Assembly: GCA_964426815.1 (NCBI GenBank)
Contig: CAYRRZ010000001.1
Location: 6,152 to 52,060 of the forward strand
From: an uncultured Gammaproteobacteria bacterium
Lineage (GTDB): Bacteria; Patescibacteriota; Patescibacteriia; 2-12-FULL-60-25
Direction: 5' to 3'
Length of the DNA: 45,909 nt
Under the pieces are notes generated by a model. That model was not told where the DNA came from. It saw nothing but the letters and a program-made list of their open reading frames with translations, and ran no database searches. Below, piece after piece: positions 34,120 to 43,265 of this stretch (position 1 is its first letter; each line of letters opens with the position of its first letter). The position numbers and the translations under genes are program-made.

Positions 34120-35994
34120 TTAGTTCATCCATTGGCGGTACCATAGCTGAAAAACCAAATAAGTCCAAATCTCTTTACGCCGATCTGGACGCCCTTTTAC
34201 CTGCTGTTTCCACCATGCCTGGATCGTTGGTGCGTGAAAGATTCCTTGTTGTTGTATAAAAGATTCGTCCATTAGTTCTCGCATCAGCGGCTCCAATGGT
34301 CCACGCAGCCACGAAGCGATTGGCACGCCAAATCCATGCTTCGGCCGGTCTAAAACGGAAGACGGTATTCTCCCCTCAAGTAACCGCTTAAAGAGCTGTT
34401 TATGCGAAAAAGAACCGCTTTTCCAGGCGGAGTCCATGGACAAGATATATCGCACAACTTCGGTATCGAGGATTGGTGAACGCGCCTCGATTCCATGCCA
34501 CATGGTAGCTCGATCTACCTTCACCAAAACCGTATCCAGCAAATAGCTGCGCATATAGCCCCATGACCACTGTTGCCGCCAATCCCCTTTTGCCTCATCA
34601 GCGAGTAATGCAAGATGTTTTTCAGGCTCAAATGGATCTAGTTTGGCTCGAATCTCAGGTTGAAAGATATCCAGAGCCTCTTGACGCGTCGTTGATCCGC
34701 GCCATGCCACATCTCGACCCCACATATTCGACTCCGTCAAACCACGAGCCAAACGCTGCAACTTAAATCCACGACTAAAATATCCGTCCGTCGATGGATA
34801 CCGCCCTAGTACATCAGCGCACAGCCTCCATGCCGACATGGGCAAGACTTTGTCCATCCGCCTGTGCCATTCATGTGCACGGAGATGCGGGTACCCCAAC
34901 AAGAGCTCATCACCGCCATCCCCCGTTAAAGCAACGGTAACCTGCTGTTTTGCAAACTTTGACAATTGTAATTGCGGAATAATTGCCGGGTCAGATAATG
35001 GCTCATCGGCCACACGAGACATTTCTTCAATCATCGCCAAGCCATCTTCCGCACGAACTAGCTGCTCATGAAGCTCAATACCAAGCGCTCGCGCCACCTG
35101 ACGCGCACTGTCCCGCTCATCATATGTCGCATCTTCAAATCCAAGCGTGAAGGCTCGCAGACGGTGACCTGCTTGTCTCGCAGCACTTTCTGCAATGACG
35201 CTCGAATCTATCCCACCGGAAAGAAACAAGCCCAAAGGAACATCCGCAACTAAACGCCGTGCAACAGCGGCATCAATACGCTGTCTCAAGCCTTGCATCA
35301 AGTCTGCCTCATCAATATCTCTCCCGAGTGAAACAGGTGGACAGGTCCAAAAAGTCCATTGTTTTTCAATCCGTCCCTGTTTCCAGGCCATAGCCGTTGC
35401 CGGCTTTAGTTTTTCAATATCTTGAAAAATCGAAGATGGCGTCGGAACACTATCTGTCCGAAACAAATCATATACAGATTGCATTCGTATTTTTTTTGGA
35501 ATTCCAGCCGCGCTAAGAGCCTTTAGCTCAGAGGCGAATACACAGGTATTTTGATACTGTGTCCAATACACTGGTTTTTTTCCGATCCGATCTCGCGCTA
35601 AAATCAATCTTTCTAATTTTGTATCCCAGATTGAAATTGCGAACATGCCGTCGAGATGAGTAAACACCTCATCCCCCCACATCTCATACCCATGCACGAT
35701 GACTTCGGTGTCACTTTTTGTTTTAAAAACATGTCCCTTTTTTTCCAATTGATCTCGCAAATCAACAAAATTATATATCTCCCCATTGAGCATAACCCAA
35801 ACTGTTCCATCTTCATTCGAAAGAGGTTGATGACCTCCTTCAATATCAATTATTGATAATCGACGAAAAGCAAAACCGACTCCATCTGCTTCATAAAAAC
35901 CTGCATCATCCGGGCCGCGACGTTCAATAGCCCGACCCATGCGTTCAAGCATGTCTCGATTACCCCGTCCTGCGAATCCGCCAATGCCACACAT
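34120..35994 (-). CDS. Asparagine synthase (glutamine-hydrolysing) family amidotransferase (AsnB/WbpS-like)
   Basis: 624 aa. N-terminal nucleophile MCGIGG. Glutaminase domain NGEIYNF. PP-loop LFLSGGIDSS. Confidence 0.9.
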   Translation of the reverse strand: MCGIGGFAGRGNRDMLERMGRAIERRGPDDAGFYEADGVGFAFRRLSIIDIEGGHQPLSNEDGTVWVMLNGEIYNFVDLRDQLEKKGHVFKTKSDTEVIVHGYEMWGDEVFTHLDGMFAISIWDTKLERLILARDRIGKKPVYWTQYQNTCVFASELKALSAAGIPKKIRMQSVYDLFRTDSVPTPSSIFQDIEKLKPATAMAWKQGRIEKQWTFWTCPPVSLGRDIDEADLMQGLRQRIDAAVARRLVADVPLGLFLSGGIDSSVIAESAARQAGHRLRAFTLGFEDATYDERDSARQVARALGIELHEQLVRAEDGLAMIEEMSRVADEPLSDPAIIPQLQLSKFAKQQVTVALTGDGGDELLLGYPHLRAHEWHRRMDKVLPMSAWRLCADVLGRYPSTDGYFSRGFKLQRLARGLTESNMWGRDVAWRGSTTRQEALDIFQPEIRAKLDPFEPEKHLALLADEAKGDWRQQWSWGYMRSYLLDTVLVKVDRATMWHGIEARSPILDTEVVRYILSMDSAWKSGSFSHKQLFKRLLEGRIPSSVLDRPKHGFGVPIASWLRGPLEPLMRELMDESFIQQQGIFHAPTIQAWWKQQVKGRPDRRKEIWTYLVFQLWYRQWMN

Positions 35995-36001
35995 ACATCG
36001 G

Positions 36002-37399
36002 TTATTTGATTGTTATATTTCGAATACGCTCCATCACCTTTGGCAGACTACTCCAGAGATCTGACACCGTACAAACGCTCACAATCAGGACAGCGACCGC
36101 ACCTGATCGCATTCGTCCCTTCCAACTCCCCGTCATTGCGAGCCAATATCCCATAACCAATACAGCAAATGGCAACATTGGAATACGGTAGCGATTTACT
36201 ACGACCGTTAGTGTCGGCGCCACGGCCAACAATATGATAGCCAAAATCGAAAAAACAATTATCGGCGGCACTCGCTTTTTACGCCACACTATTTCGACCA
36301 AACCAGCAAAAGCCGATACCCAAATAATCGCATTAAAGACGATTGATCCGATGAGCGTGAATAGCTGATCTATCGATGAATGATAATGAAACCAAAAAGC
36401 GGATGTTTTTGTAAGCGCAAAAAGCTTCAATGCTTTATGTGCCGTACGTCCAATGGCAAAAAGCGGTTTTTCACGAATAATCTTTTTCGTCTCTTCGATA
36501 CTCACGCGATCGATCTGATCAGGTTCGAGTCCTTGAATCTTACTCGTGATATGCGGTAAAGCGTCCATGTTAAAAACACCTGGGCTATATGGGTCCAAAC
36601 CCACCCAAAAATCCAGACCACCAACGACAGAGTTTAAGATAAAGTGATTGTACAAACGCTCATTTCGAATTGCCCACGGTGTTTGAATAGCAATAACACT
36701 CACGATCACAATCAAACTTATTCTCCACTTTTTTCTCCAAAGTAAAAAAAGAACCAATGCGCAAACAAAAGGGAGACCCGTCGGACGCACCATCATCAAT
36801 ACGCCGCCCAGCAAACCGATCACAACCCATTCCCATCTCGGCTTGTCCCCTTTTTTCTCAATTGTTTTGAGAAAAAGTCCAGCCAGTCCAACCAGTAAAA
36901 AAACAAATACATTTTCAGACATGATCATCGCTGTACTTTGGATGACGTCCGGATGAAGGGCATACAAACCGACTGGAAAAGCTACGTGCCATTCTGGCCC
37001 TGATGTATCGATATTTTTTCGGAGCAAGCCATACAGCCACCAGCATACGGCTGCATGCATAAGCGCCTGTATGAACCAGACAATCCAGATATGGATACCG
37101 AATGTTTTGTAGATTCCAGCTAAGAAAAATTGATAACCTGGACCAATGTCCCGAATTGCCCAATCCTTTTGCAAAGGAACATCACAGGTAAAGCAAAAGG
37201 TGTTTTTTGTCGCCAAGTTCATGGCGATGGTATTAAATTTTCTTGCGTCCACCGAAGGCGTTATTTGATAGCTCAATGCATATCCAAATGAAACGACACA
37301 GGCTATAAGAGCGATCCAGGTGCGCCAGGGCGAAACACGATGAATCTCCCGCATGCTTGCCCCCAGTCTTTTGCCCGCTTCGATGCATATTCGGATCAT
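36002..37399 (-). CDS. GT-C-like (ArnT/PMT_2-type) integral membrane glycosyltransferase, putative
   Basis: 465 aa, multi-TM. First-loop motif SVDARKFNTIAMNLATKNTF. An alternative start at Met16 is possible. Confidence 0.55.
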   Translation of the reverse strand: MIRICIEAGKRLGASMREIHRVSPWRTWIALIACVVSFGYALSYQITPSVDARKFNTIAMNLATKNTFCFTCDVPLQKDWAIRDIGPGYQFFLAGIYKTFGIHIWIVWFIQALMHAAVCWWLYGLLRKNIDTSGPEWHVAFPVGLYALHPDVIQSTAMIMSENVFVFLLVGLAGLFLKTIEKKGDKPRWEWVVIGLLGGVLMMVRPTGLPFVCALVLFLLWRKKWRISLIVIVSVIAIQTPWAIRNERLYNHFILNSVVGGLDFWVGLDPYSPGVFNMDALPHITSKIQGLEPDQIDRVSIEETKKIIREKPLFAIGRTAHKALKLFALTKTSAFWFHYHSSIDQLFTLIGSIVFNAIIWVSAFAGLVEIVWRKKRVPPIIVFSILAIILLAVAPTLTVVVNRYRIPMLPFAVLVMGYWLAMTGSWKGRMRSGAVAVLIVSVCTVSDLWSSLPKVMERIRNITIK

Positions 37400-37411
37400 A
37401 CACTTTTGTTA

Positions 37412-38008
37412 TTAGCGCTTCCGTATCAAGAAAAAATGGTGGTATGGCATCCACGGCGAAACCCAATCACGTTCCAAGGCACCATGCTTCGACAAGATGT
37501 CCGTAATTCGTGTGCGTGGATATGAGGTGCGCCCAATTTCCCACTCATGCACTCCGCCTGATGGGATCGGTTTTTTGATTGGCAGTTTCCATGCCCAGCG
37601 AATTTCGGGCAGGCCTGGCAGATCAACAATGAATCGCAAGGTATACCCCCAATGCGGCAAAGATAAGACCACTCCTTTTTTTGATACACGAAGCAATTCT
37701 TTGATTGCACTCTCAAATGAAGTAAATGGGAGATGCTCCAGAACCTCAGCGCATAACGCGACATCTACTGTGTTGTCAGGCAGCGGAATTTTTTCGACCG
37801 ATGCAATAATATCTGGCTGCAATGCAGCATCAATATCGAGTGTTGTTACTCGTAGCCCTTGGCGCTTAAGCGTATCTGTCACAATCGCATTTCCAACACC
37901 AATCTCTAATACGGTCTCAGGAGCGAATCCAAGAACGCAATCGACTTGTCGAAAATAGCTCGTCCAACGACCTTCAAACTCATAGCGCTTCCAGGATTCG
38001 TAAGGCAT
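37412..38008 (-). CDS. Class I SAM-dependent methyltransferase (small)
   Basis: 198 aa. Motifs: VLEIGVGNAIVTDTL, VALCAEVLEHL. Confidence 0.7.
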   Translation of the reverse strand: MPYESWKRYEFEGRWTSYFRQVDCVLGFAPETVLEIGVGNAIVTDTLKRQGLRVTTLDIDAALQPDIIASVEKIPLPDNTVDVALCAEVLEHLPFTSFESAIKELLRVSKKGVVLSLPHWGYTLRFIVDLPGLPEIRWAWKLPIKKPIPSGGVHEWEIGRTSYPRTRITDILSKHGALERDWVSPWMPYHHFFLIRKR

Positions 38009-38011
38009 AGG

Positions 38012-41000
38012 TTAATTCATTTCTTGTATGACTCGTGAGAGTGTCTCATGCCTGCGGTGATGTTTACAGACAATGTCACGCAGCATATGAGGCGATGATA
38101 ATTCCCCATTCTCAAAAGCTTGTATTGCTTTGGCGAACAGCTCCGGCTTTGATGCTGAAATGAAATACGCTCCAGGCAAAATATCTCGCAGAGCGATATT
38201 CGAACTGAATGATGGGCATTCGCAAGCCATTGCCTCAAGCACCGCTTTGTCCAAACTTCCGGTTTCACTCGCATTTACAAAGTATGAGGCGGATTGATAT
38301 GCCGTACGAACATCGACCAATGACTTACCCCCGACAAAGTGAACACGATCCTGTACGCCAAGTTCGAGACTTTTCTTCTTTAAATCTGCAACATATTGCT
38401 GATCGCTTGGTAATACCGCTTCTCCAACAATATCGAGGGTATACGTTGGACCCAATTGCTTAATCAAATCGATGAAAAGATCGATTTGCTTGGTTGGCGT
38501 CAAGCGGCCTGTGCTCACGATTCGACCTGGAATGCGCATTTTTGTCGATACAGGTGGGACAAAAAAATCTGTATCGATTGCATGACCCATAAATCGAACT
38601 TTTGTCGTTTTCAGACGAAAACTCTCTGCATTGGCACTGAATATTTTTTTCACCAAACGTTCTGCCAAGCGCAAAACTCCCGTTACTTGCTTGTGTGTAT
38701 ACCAAAGATACATTGGGACACGGAAACAAAAACTAAGTGGCCAAGCGAACACGACATACAAAGGAACCATGAGTACTAATATTCGATCTGAACGCGGAAT
38801 CGTTACGCTCATTAGGTACACAAGCCGCGCGAACTGCTTTATTTTCGATACTCCTTTTTCTTTTCCGAGTGAATGCACGGTCACATTTTCAGGGAGATGA
38901 AACTCCCCGACGGACTGGGCGATAACCTCCACCGACTCGACCAAGGTTGAGAATTCCTGCAACCATCCAACATGCACGGCTAAATTTCGATCATTTGCAT
39001 CAACTCTTTGGGTAATGACAAGCAATTTCTTTTTCTTCATCGGACCTGGTGATGGACGTAACTTTGTCCAAGCATAAGCGACAAATAAAAACTCTATCGG
39101 CATGAGCATGAACCGAAGTCTGGCCTCAATACCCAAACCGTCGACCCAAATCGTTGCTGTGAGATATGCGCACAGGGAGGCAATTAAGGTAAGTTCGAGA
39201 CGCCGCCCAGGAAGCCCCATCCACGCCAAAATATATCCCTGAATAAATAGGATGGTTAAGACAAGCCAAATAAGGCGGCCAAGAAAACCAATAATATAGA
39301 ATGGCTGCGAAAAAATCTCTCCAAGTGATTTGAATAGATCAAGATATCGTCCTTGGGCGAGATAATGACTTGGCGGCAAGGTCGAGTGCGTTAGTCGCGG
39401 CGTGAGATGATAGTAATTCAGGAAAGAATTGTAATTACTCGACGTCCACAGAGTGAAGGTATTGATAGCAAAAATACGCGCAACGATCACTGGATTTTCT
39501 TGCATGTATCTCAATGCTTCTTTTGCATAGAGCTGATTTTTTTGTACTTCGCCTCCGCCCTCACCATACTTTTTTGTAAATTCAGCCGTCACTCGAGCCT
39601 CCGCTTCTGGATACGAAACGTGATCGCGAACAGACACGATCGAGGTACCTAGGTAGAACAAAGCCGCAACAGATCCTTGATTACTTAGTGCGGCGGAATC
39701 ATGAACGCGTTTATTGTGAATGATCCATGGCGCAAGAATGATCGCCATCGTACTCGCTATCAGAAGTCCATGTGTACACAACTTCTTCCAATCAAAGCGC
39801 TTCAGCCACGGCGCATAGAATAGTCCGAGAAATAACGGAAAAAACTGAAGCAGAGGCTTGATAAGAATACCTAAACTGCAACATATCCCGACATAGACGG
39901 CATAGCGTTTTTCCTTTGTTTGAAAGGCGTAAAAAGCCGCCAAAAGACCGAGCAAGAACAAAAAAGTGTAGACCGTCTCCGTTAAAACGGTGACGCTAAA
40001 AAAAATGAGATGTGGTTCAATGGCTGTAATCCAAGCCGCAAGGCGCGAACTTCGTTCTTCAAAACCGAGCGCGCGTCCAAGCCGAAGTACGAGGAGCGGC
40101 AAACAAGAAGCGAGCAGAAGCTGAAAAAAAATAACCATCGGCAAGGACTTGAAAAGACTCAAACCGATTGCCAATAGACCAGGGTAGCCAATCGTGCGAA
40201 AAAAGAATGGCTTCCCATCTAACATAAACCCGTTTCCATCAGCTAAAGATTGGGCGAGGCCAAGATATTGCTTACTATCTCCTAGCATCAAACCCGATTC
40301 ACCAACAAAAAAAAGAATAATCGTGAATAGAGCCAAACGCAGTACGAATGCCGTCACCCAGATTTTCCAAGCAGATCGACTCACTCGCTTTCCCGTCTGT
40401 GTGAGCGAAGCGCGAATATTGTTTTTCAGTTGCTCAAAACCTGGAAGGACTTGTGCTGCCTTTCTCGCCTCAATTCCAAAAGCTGCCGCCTGTTTTGGAT
40501 TTTGCAAAAGCTGAATCATCGCTTGTGCTAATTGGGCTATATCTTGCGGCGGCACAATCAACCCAGACTTTTGATGCACGATCACTTCGCCAGCGCAGCC
40601 AACATCAGTCATGACGATTGGTACTCCAGCTGCTGCGGCCTCGATAACGGCTATCCCCCACCCCTCATAGCGCGATGGCTGAACATAGACCGAAGCTGTT
40701 TGCAAAAAAGGACGAACATCTTCCTGACTCCCCAAAAACTCAACAGCGGATTCAATTCCAAGTCGTTTTACCTTTTCTTTTAACAAAACTTCTTCTGGTC
40801 CAGAACCAATCAGTTGCACCTTCGCATTCGGCACACTCTTCAATACCTCGGGCAAAGCATTCATCAAAACGTCCATTCCCTTTTCCCAATTGAGTCGACC
40901 AATGGAGACGATCACTGGCTGGTGAGATGGTTTGCGCTCAAGAGCCTCAAAGCGAGAAATATCGGTCGCTACCGGTACAACATCCACCTTTTCTTTCTCA

Positions 41001-41473
41001 ATCCCTTTTGCAATTAATCCTCTTTTTCCGCGCTGACTCACGGTCCGGACTCGATCAGCTCGATTCAATACAAATGTAGAAAGGAGTTGCAGTATTCGAT
41101 CTTTTAACCCAATCGCCGGTCGTGCATACACGCCACTGTGATCCTGCACATGCAAACCTGTCGTTTTTGCAAATTGAGCAATTAACCCCAGCCAACCAGA
41201 AAAAAACGGATCCTGGACGGTTATCGCATCAAAGTCATTATTTCGCGACAGCTTGAATATCGTAGTTATAGCCCGAAGATATGCTTGAACTCGATGAGAA
41301 CCGCCAATAAGGTGCGCGGTTATCCCTGGTGAAATCTCAACTGTCGCCGATTTGCCAGGAGCGACAATCGCAATGTCGACGTTCCAACCGGCATAATACT
41401 CCGCCTGCCTTTTTGCTGAAGGCGAATCAGGCCGTGCCACGGTCGCGTCCATTCCTATCACGAGCAAGCGCAT
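38012..41473 (-). CDS. Tri-domain fusion: GT4 (aa 1-~360) + GT-C-like membrane domain (aa ~368-805) + second GT4-like domain (aa ~812-1153)
   Basis: 1153-aa uninterrupted ORF. The N-terminal domain has SIGRLNWEKG and SRYEGWGIAVIEAAAAGVPIVMTD. The middle has about 10-12 TM helices with MLGDSKQYLGLAQSLADGNGF. The C-terminal domain has STGRLTPTKQ and SETGSLDKAVLEAMACECP. Confidence 0.75.
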   Translation of the reverse strand: MRLLVIGMDATVARPDSPSAKRQAEYYAGWNVDIAIVAPGKSATVEISPGITAHLIGGSHRVQAYLRAITTIFKLSRNNDFDAITVQDPFFSGWLGLIAQFAKTTGLHVQDHSGVYARPAIGLKDRILQLLSTFVLNRADRVRTVSQRGKRGLIAKGIEKEKVDVVPVATDISRFEALERKPSHQPVIVSIGRLNWEKGMDVLMNALPEVLKSVPNAKVQLIGSGPEEVLLKEKVKRLGIESAVEFLGSQEDVRPFLQTASVYVQPSRYEGWGIAVIEAAAAGVPIVMTDVGCAGEVIVHQKSGLIVPPQDIAQLAQAMIQLLQNPKQAAAFGIEARKAAQVLPGFEQLKNNIRASLTQTGKRVSRSAWKIWVTAFVLRLALFTIILFFVGESGLMLGDSKQYLGLAQSLADGNGFMLDGKPFFFRTIGYPGLLAIGLSLFKSLPMVIFFQLLLASCLPLLVLRLGRALGFEERSSRLAAWITAIEPHLIFFSVTVLTETVYTFLFLLGLLAAFYAFQTKEKRYAVYVGICCSLGILIKPLLQFFPLFLGLFYAPWLKRFDWKKLCTHGLLIASTMAIILAPWIIHNKRVHDSAALSNQGSVAALFYLGTSIVSVRDHVSYPEAEARVTAEFTKKYGEGGGEVQKNQLYAKEALRYMQENPVIVARIFAINTFTLWTSSNYNSFLNYYHLTPRLTHSTLPPSHYLAQGRYLDLFKSLGEIFSQPFYIIGFLGRLIWLVLTILFIQGYILAWMGLPGRRLELTLIASLCAYLTATIWVDGLGIEARLRFMLMPIEFLFVAYAWTKLRPSPGPMKKKKLLVITQRVDANDRNLAVHVGWLQEFSTLVESVEVIAQSVGEFHLPENVTVHSLGKEKGVSKIKQFARLVYLMSVTIPRSDRILVLMVPLYVVFAWPLSFCFRVPMYLWYTHKQVTGVLRLAERLVKKIFSANAESFRLKTTKVRFMGHAIDTDFFVPPVSTKMRIPGRIVSTGRLTPTKQIDLFIDLIKQLGPTYTLDIVGEAVLPSDQQYVADLKKKSLELGVQDRVHFVGGKSLVDVRTAYQSASYFVNASETGSLDKAVLEAMACECPSFSSNIALRDILPGAYFISASKPELFAKAIQAFENGELSSPHMLRDIVCKHHRRHETLSRVIQEMN

Positions 41474-41529
41474 AGATAGTGGAAGCTTGCCATATCGTCA
41501 AAAAACAATAAAGCCGCTAGACTTGGGCT
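41474..41529. promoter_or_regulatory. Divergent intergenic region between the 41473-> minus operon and the 41530-> plus gene pair; promoters presumed
   Basis: 56-nt gap between two divergent start codons. No convincing hexamers identified by eye. Confidence 0.2.
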
Positions 41530-42471
41530 ATGCTTATCCTGCTCTACCACGGCGTTCGCCCTCCGGAGGACCATATTTCACCAGATATTCGGCAAAAGCA
41601 TGTCTCAGCCCACAGTTTTGAACGCCAACTTCGTTTTTTAGGTAAAACACATCGTTTCTACTCACTTTCTGAAGTGCTCGGTTTTTTTGAACGTGGTAAG
41701 CCCCTTCCTCGATTCGGCGCCTGCATCACATTTGATGATGGCTATCAAAACAATGCCACCATCGCAGCTCCCATTTTGAAACAGCTTGGTATTCCGGCAA
41801 CATTTTTTGTTACCACTGGCTTCGTCGACCATCAGTGCACGCTTTGGGTTGATCGATTTGAATCTGCTTTTTCACAACTTTCATCTCCACAGCCACATTT
41901 TCAGATCCAGAACGAATCCATCGCCCTCAATCTCACTTCGCCAGCTCAGCGCAAAACATCAGATAGCTTGTTGCGTGAACGGCTAAAAAAATGCCCACCT
42001 GAAGAGCGTGAACGCGTTTTAACCGAACTTGAAAACCGAGCTCATTCAAACAAGATCTTCCCTCTTCATGAACCAATGACCTGGGATCAGATACGCCAAT
42101 TACGCGCAGATGGTTTTGAAATCGGTCCGCACACGGTAACCCATCCGATTCTTTCACGCTGTACTCCGGAACAGGTCGAACAAGAGATTTTTGAAAGTAA
42201 GCGACGAGTTGAGCAAGAACTCGGTGAATCGGTTGTGCATTTTGCACATCCAAACGGTCAACCGTCGGATTGGAATCCTGCCGTCATGGATACGATTCGT
42301 CGTGCCGGATTCAAAACCTGTTCAACGACCATTAGTCATAGAACGCAAAAGAAACAAGATCCTTTTTTCCTCCCTCGATTGACGGTTGATATGGGTGATG
42401 ATTTTTTTCGCTTTGTCTTGACCAGTAGCGGAATCCGTTCCATGCTATCGTCGATAAAACGCCTGCTCTAA
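41530..42471 (+). CDS. Polysaccharide deacetylase (NodB homology domain, CE4)
   Basis: 313 aa. Motifs: ITFDDGYQNN (TFDD motif), HTVTHPIL (HxxxH), HPNG. Confidence 0.8.
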   Translation: MLILLYHGVRPPEDHISPDIRQKHVSAHSFERQLRFLGKTHRFYSLSEVLGFFERGKPLPRFGACITFDDGYQNNATIAAPILKQLGIPATFFVTTGFVDHQCTLWVDRFESAFSQLSSPQPHFQIQNESIALNLTSPAQRKTSDSLLRERLKKCPPEERERVLTELENRAHSNKIFPLHEPMTWDQIRQLRADGFEIGPHTVTHPILSRCTPEQVEQEIFESKRRVEQELGESVVHFAHPNGQPSDWNPAVMDTIRRAGFKTCSTTISHRTQKKQDPFFLPRLTVDMGDDFFRFVLTSSGIRSMLSSIKRLL

Positions 42472-42479
42472 CCACCTCT

Positions 42480-43265
42480 ATGACTGAATTTCAAGCGCAA
42501 GAACGAGTCACTACCCACTTTGATACGGCCGCCCCTGTTTATTTCAGTTGGTATGAAGCCATGAATCCAGATGGGCATTCTTTTCGTGCGCGTCGTATTC
42601 GCTGCATGGAATTATTGAAAAAGCATGTTGAAAAAGGCTCAAAAGTAGCTGATATCGCCTGCGGTCCAGCGACCATGTTTAAGGAAATTCTTGATGCGGG
42701 CTTCAAACTGTATGCAACCGATATTGCTCCGCACATGATTGAGGAATGCCGCAAACAATATGGAACCGATCCACGGGTTGAGCTCGCCGTTTGTCCAGCT
42801 GATGCGATTCCGGTTGCTGATGGCTCGATTCAGGCCGTGAGCGCCATGGGTTTATTAGAGTATTTGAATAATGAAGACCAGGTCTTACGTGAATTTCACC
42901 GCATCTTAGCTCCACAGGGAGTTGCTATTTTGACCTATCCGCATTATTACAGCCCAACTCGTATCTGGAATCGTTTTACACATGCTATCGCAAAACCATT
43001 TTTGTCCGTCGCACGAAAAGGACAAGTTCCAAAAGGCGTAAAGCATCGTGAATATCACCTAAAAGAAACTGTGCAGCAAGTTGAGCGCGCGGGCTATAAA
43101 GTTGAAGATGTCATTTTCTACAATTTTAAATTAGCCCTTCGTCCATTTGATTCCTTGTTTCCTGTTTTCAGCGTAAAAATCTCAGAGAAACTGGAACGCT
43201 TTGCGCGTACCCCTTTTCTTCATCGCATTGGTACCGGATTTATTCTGCTTGCGCGAAAGAAATAA
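42480..43265 (+). CDS. Class I SAM-dependent methyltransferase
   Basis: 261 aa. Motifs: KVADIACGPATMF, AVSAMGLLEYL, LAPQGVAILTYP. Confidence 0.8.
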   Translation: MTEFQAQERVTTHFDTAAPVYFSWYEAMNPDGHSFRARRIRCMELLKKHVEKGSKVADIACGPATMFKEILDAGFKLYATDIAPHMIEECRKQYGTDPRVELAVCPADAIPVADGSIQAVSAMGLLEYLNNEDQVLREFHRILAPQGVAILTYPHYYSPTRIWNRFTHAIAKPFLSVARKGQVPKGVKHREYHLKETVQQVERAGYKVEDVIFYNFKLALRPFDSLFPVFSVKISEKLERFARTPFLHRIGTGFILLARKK

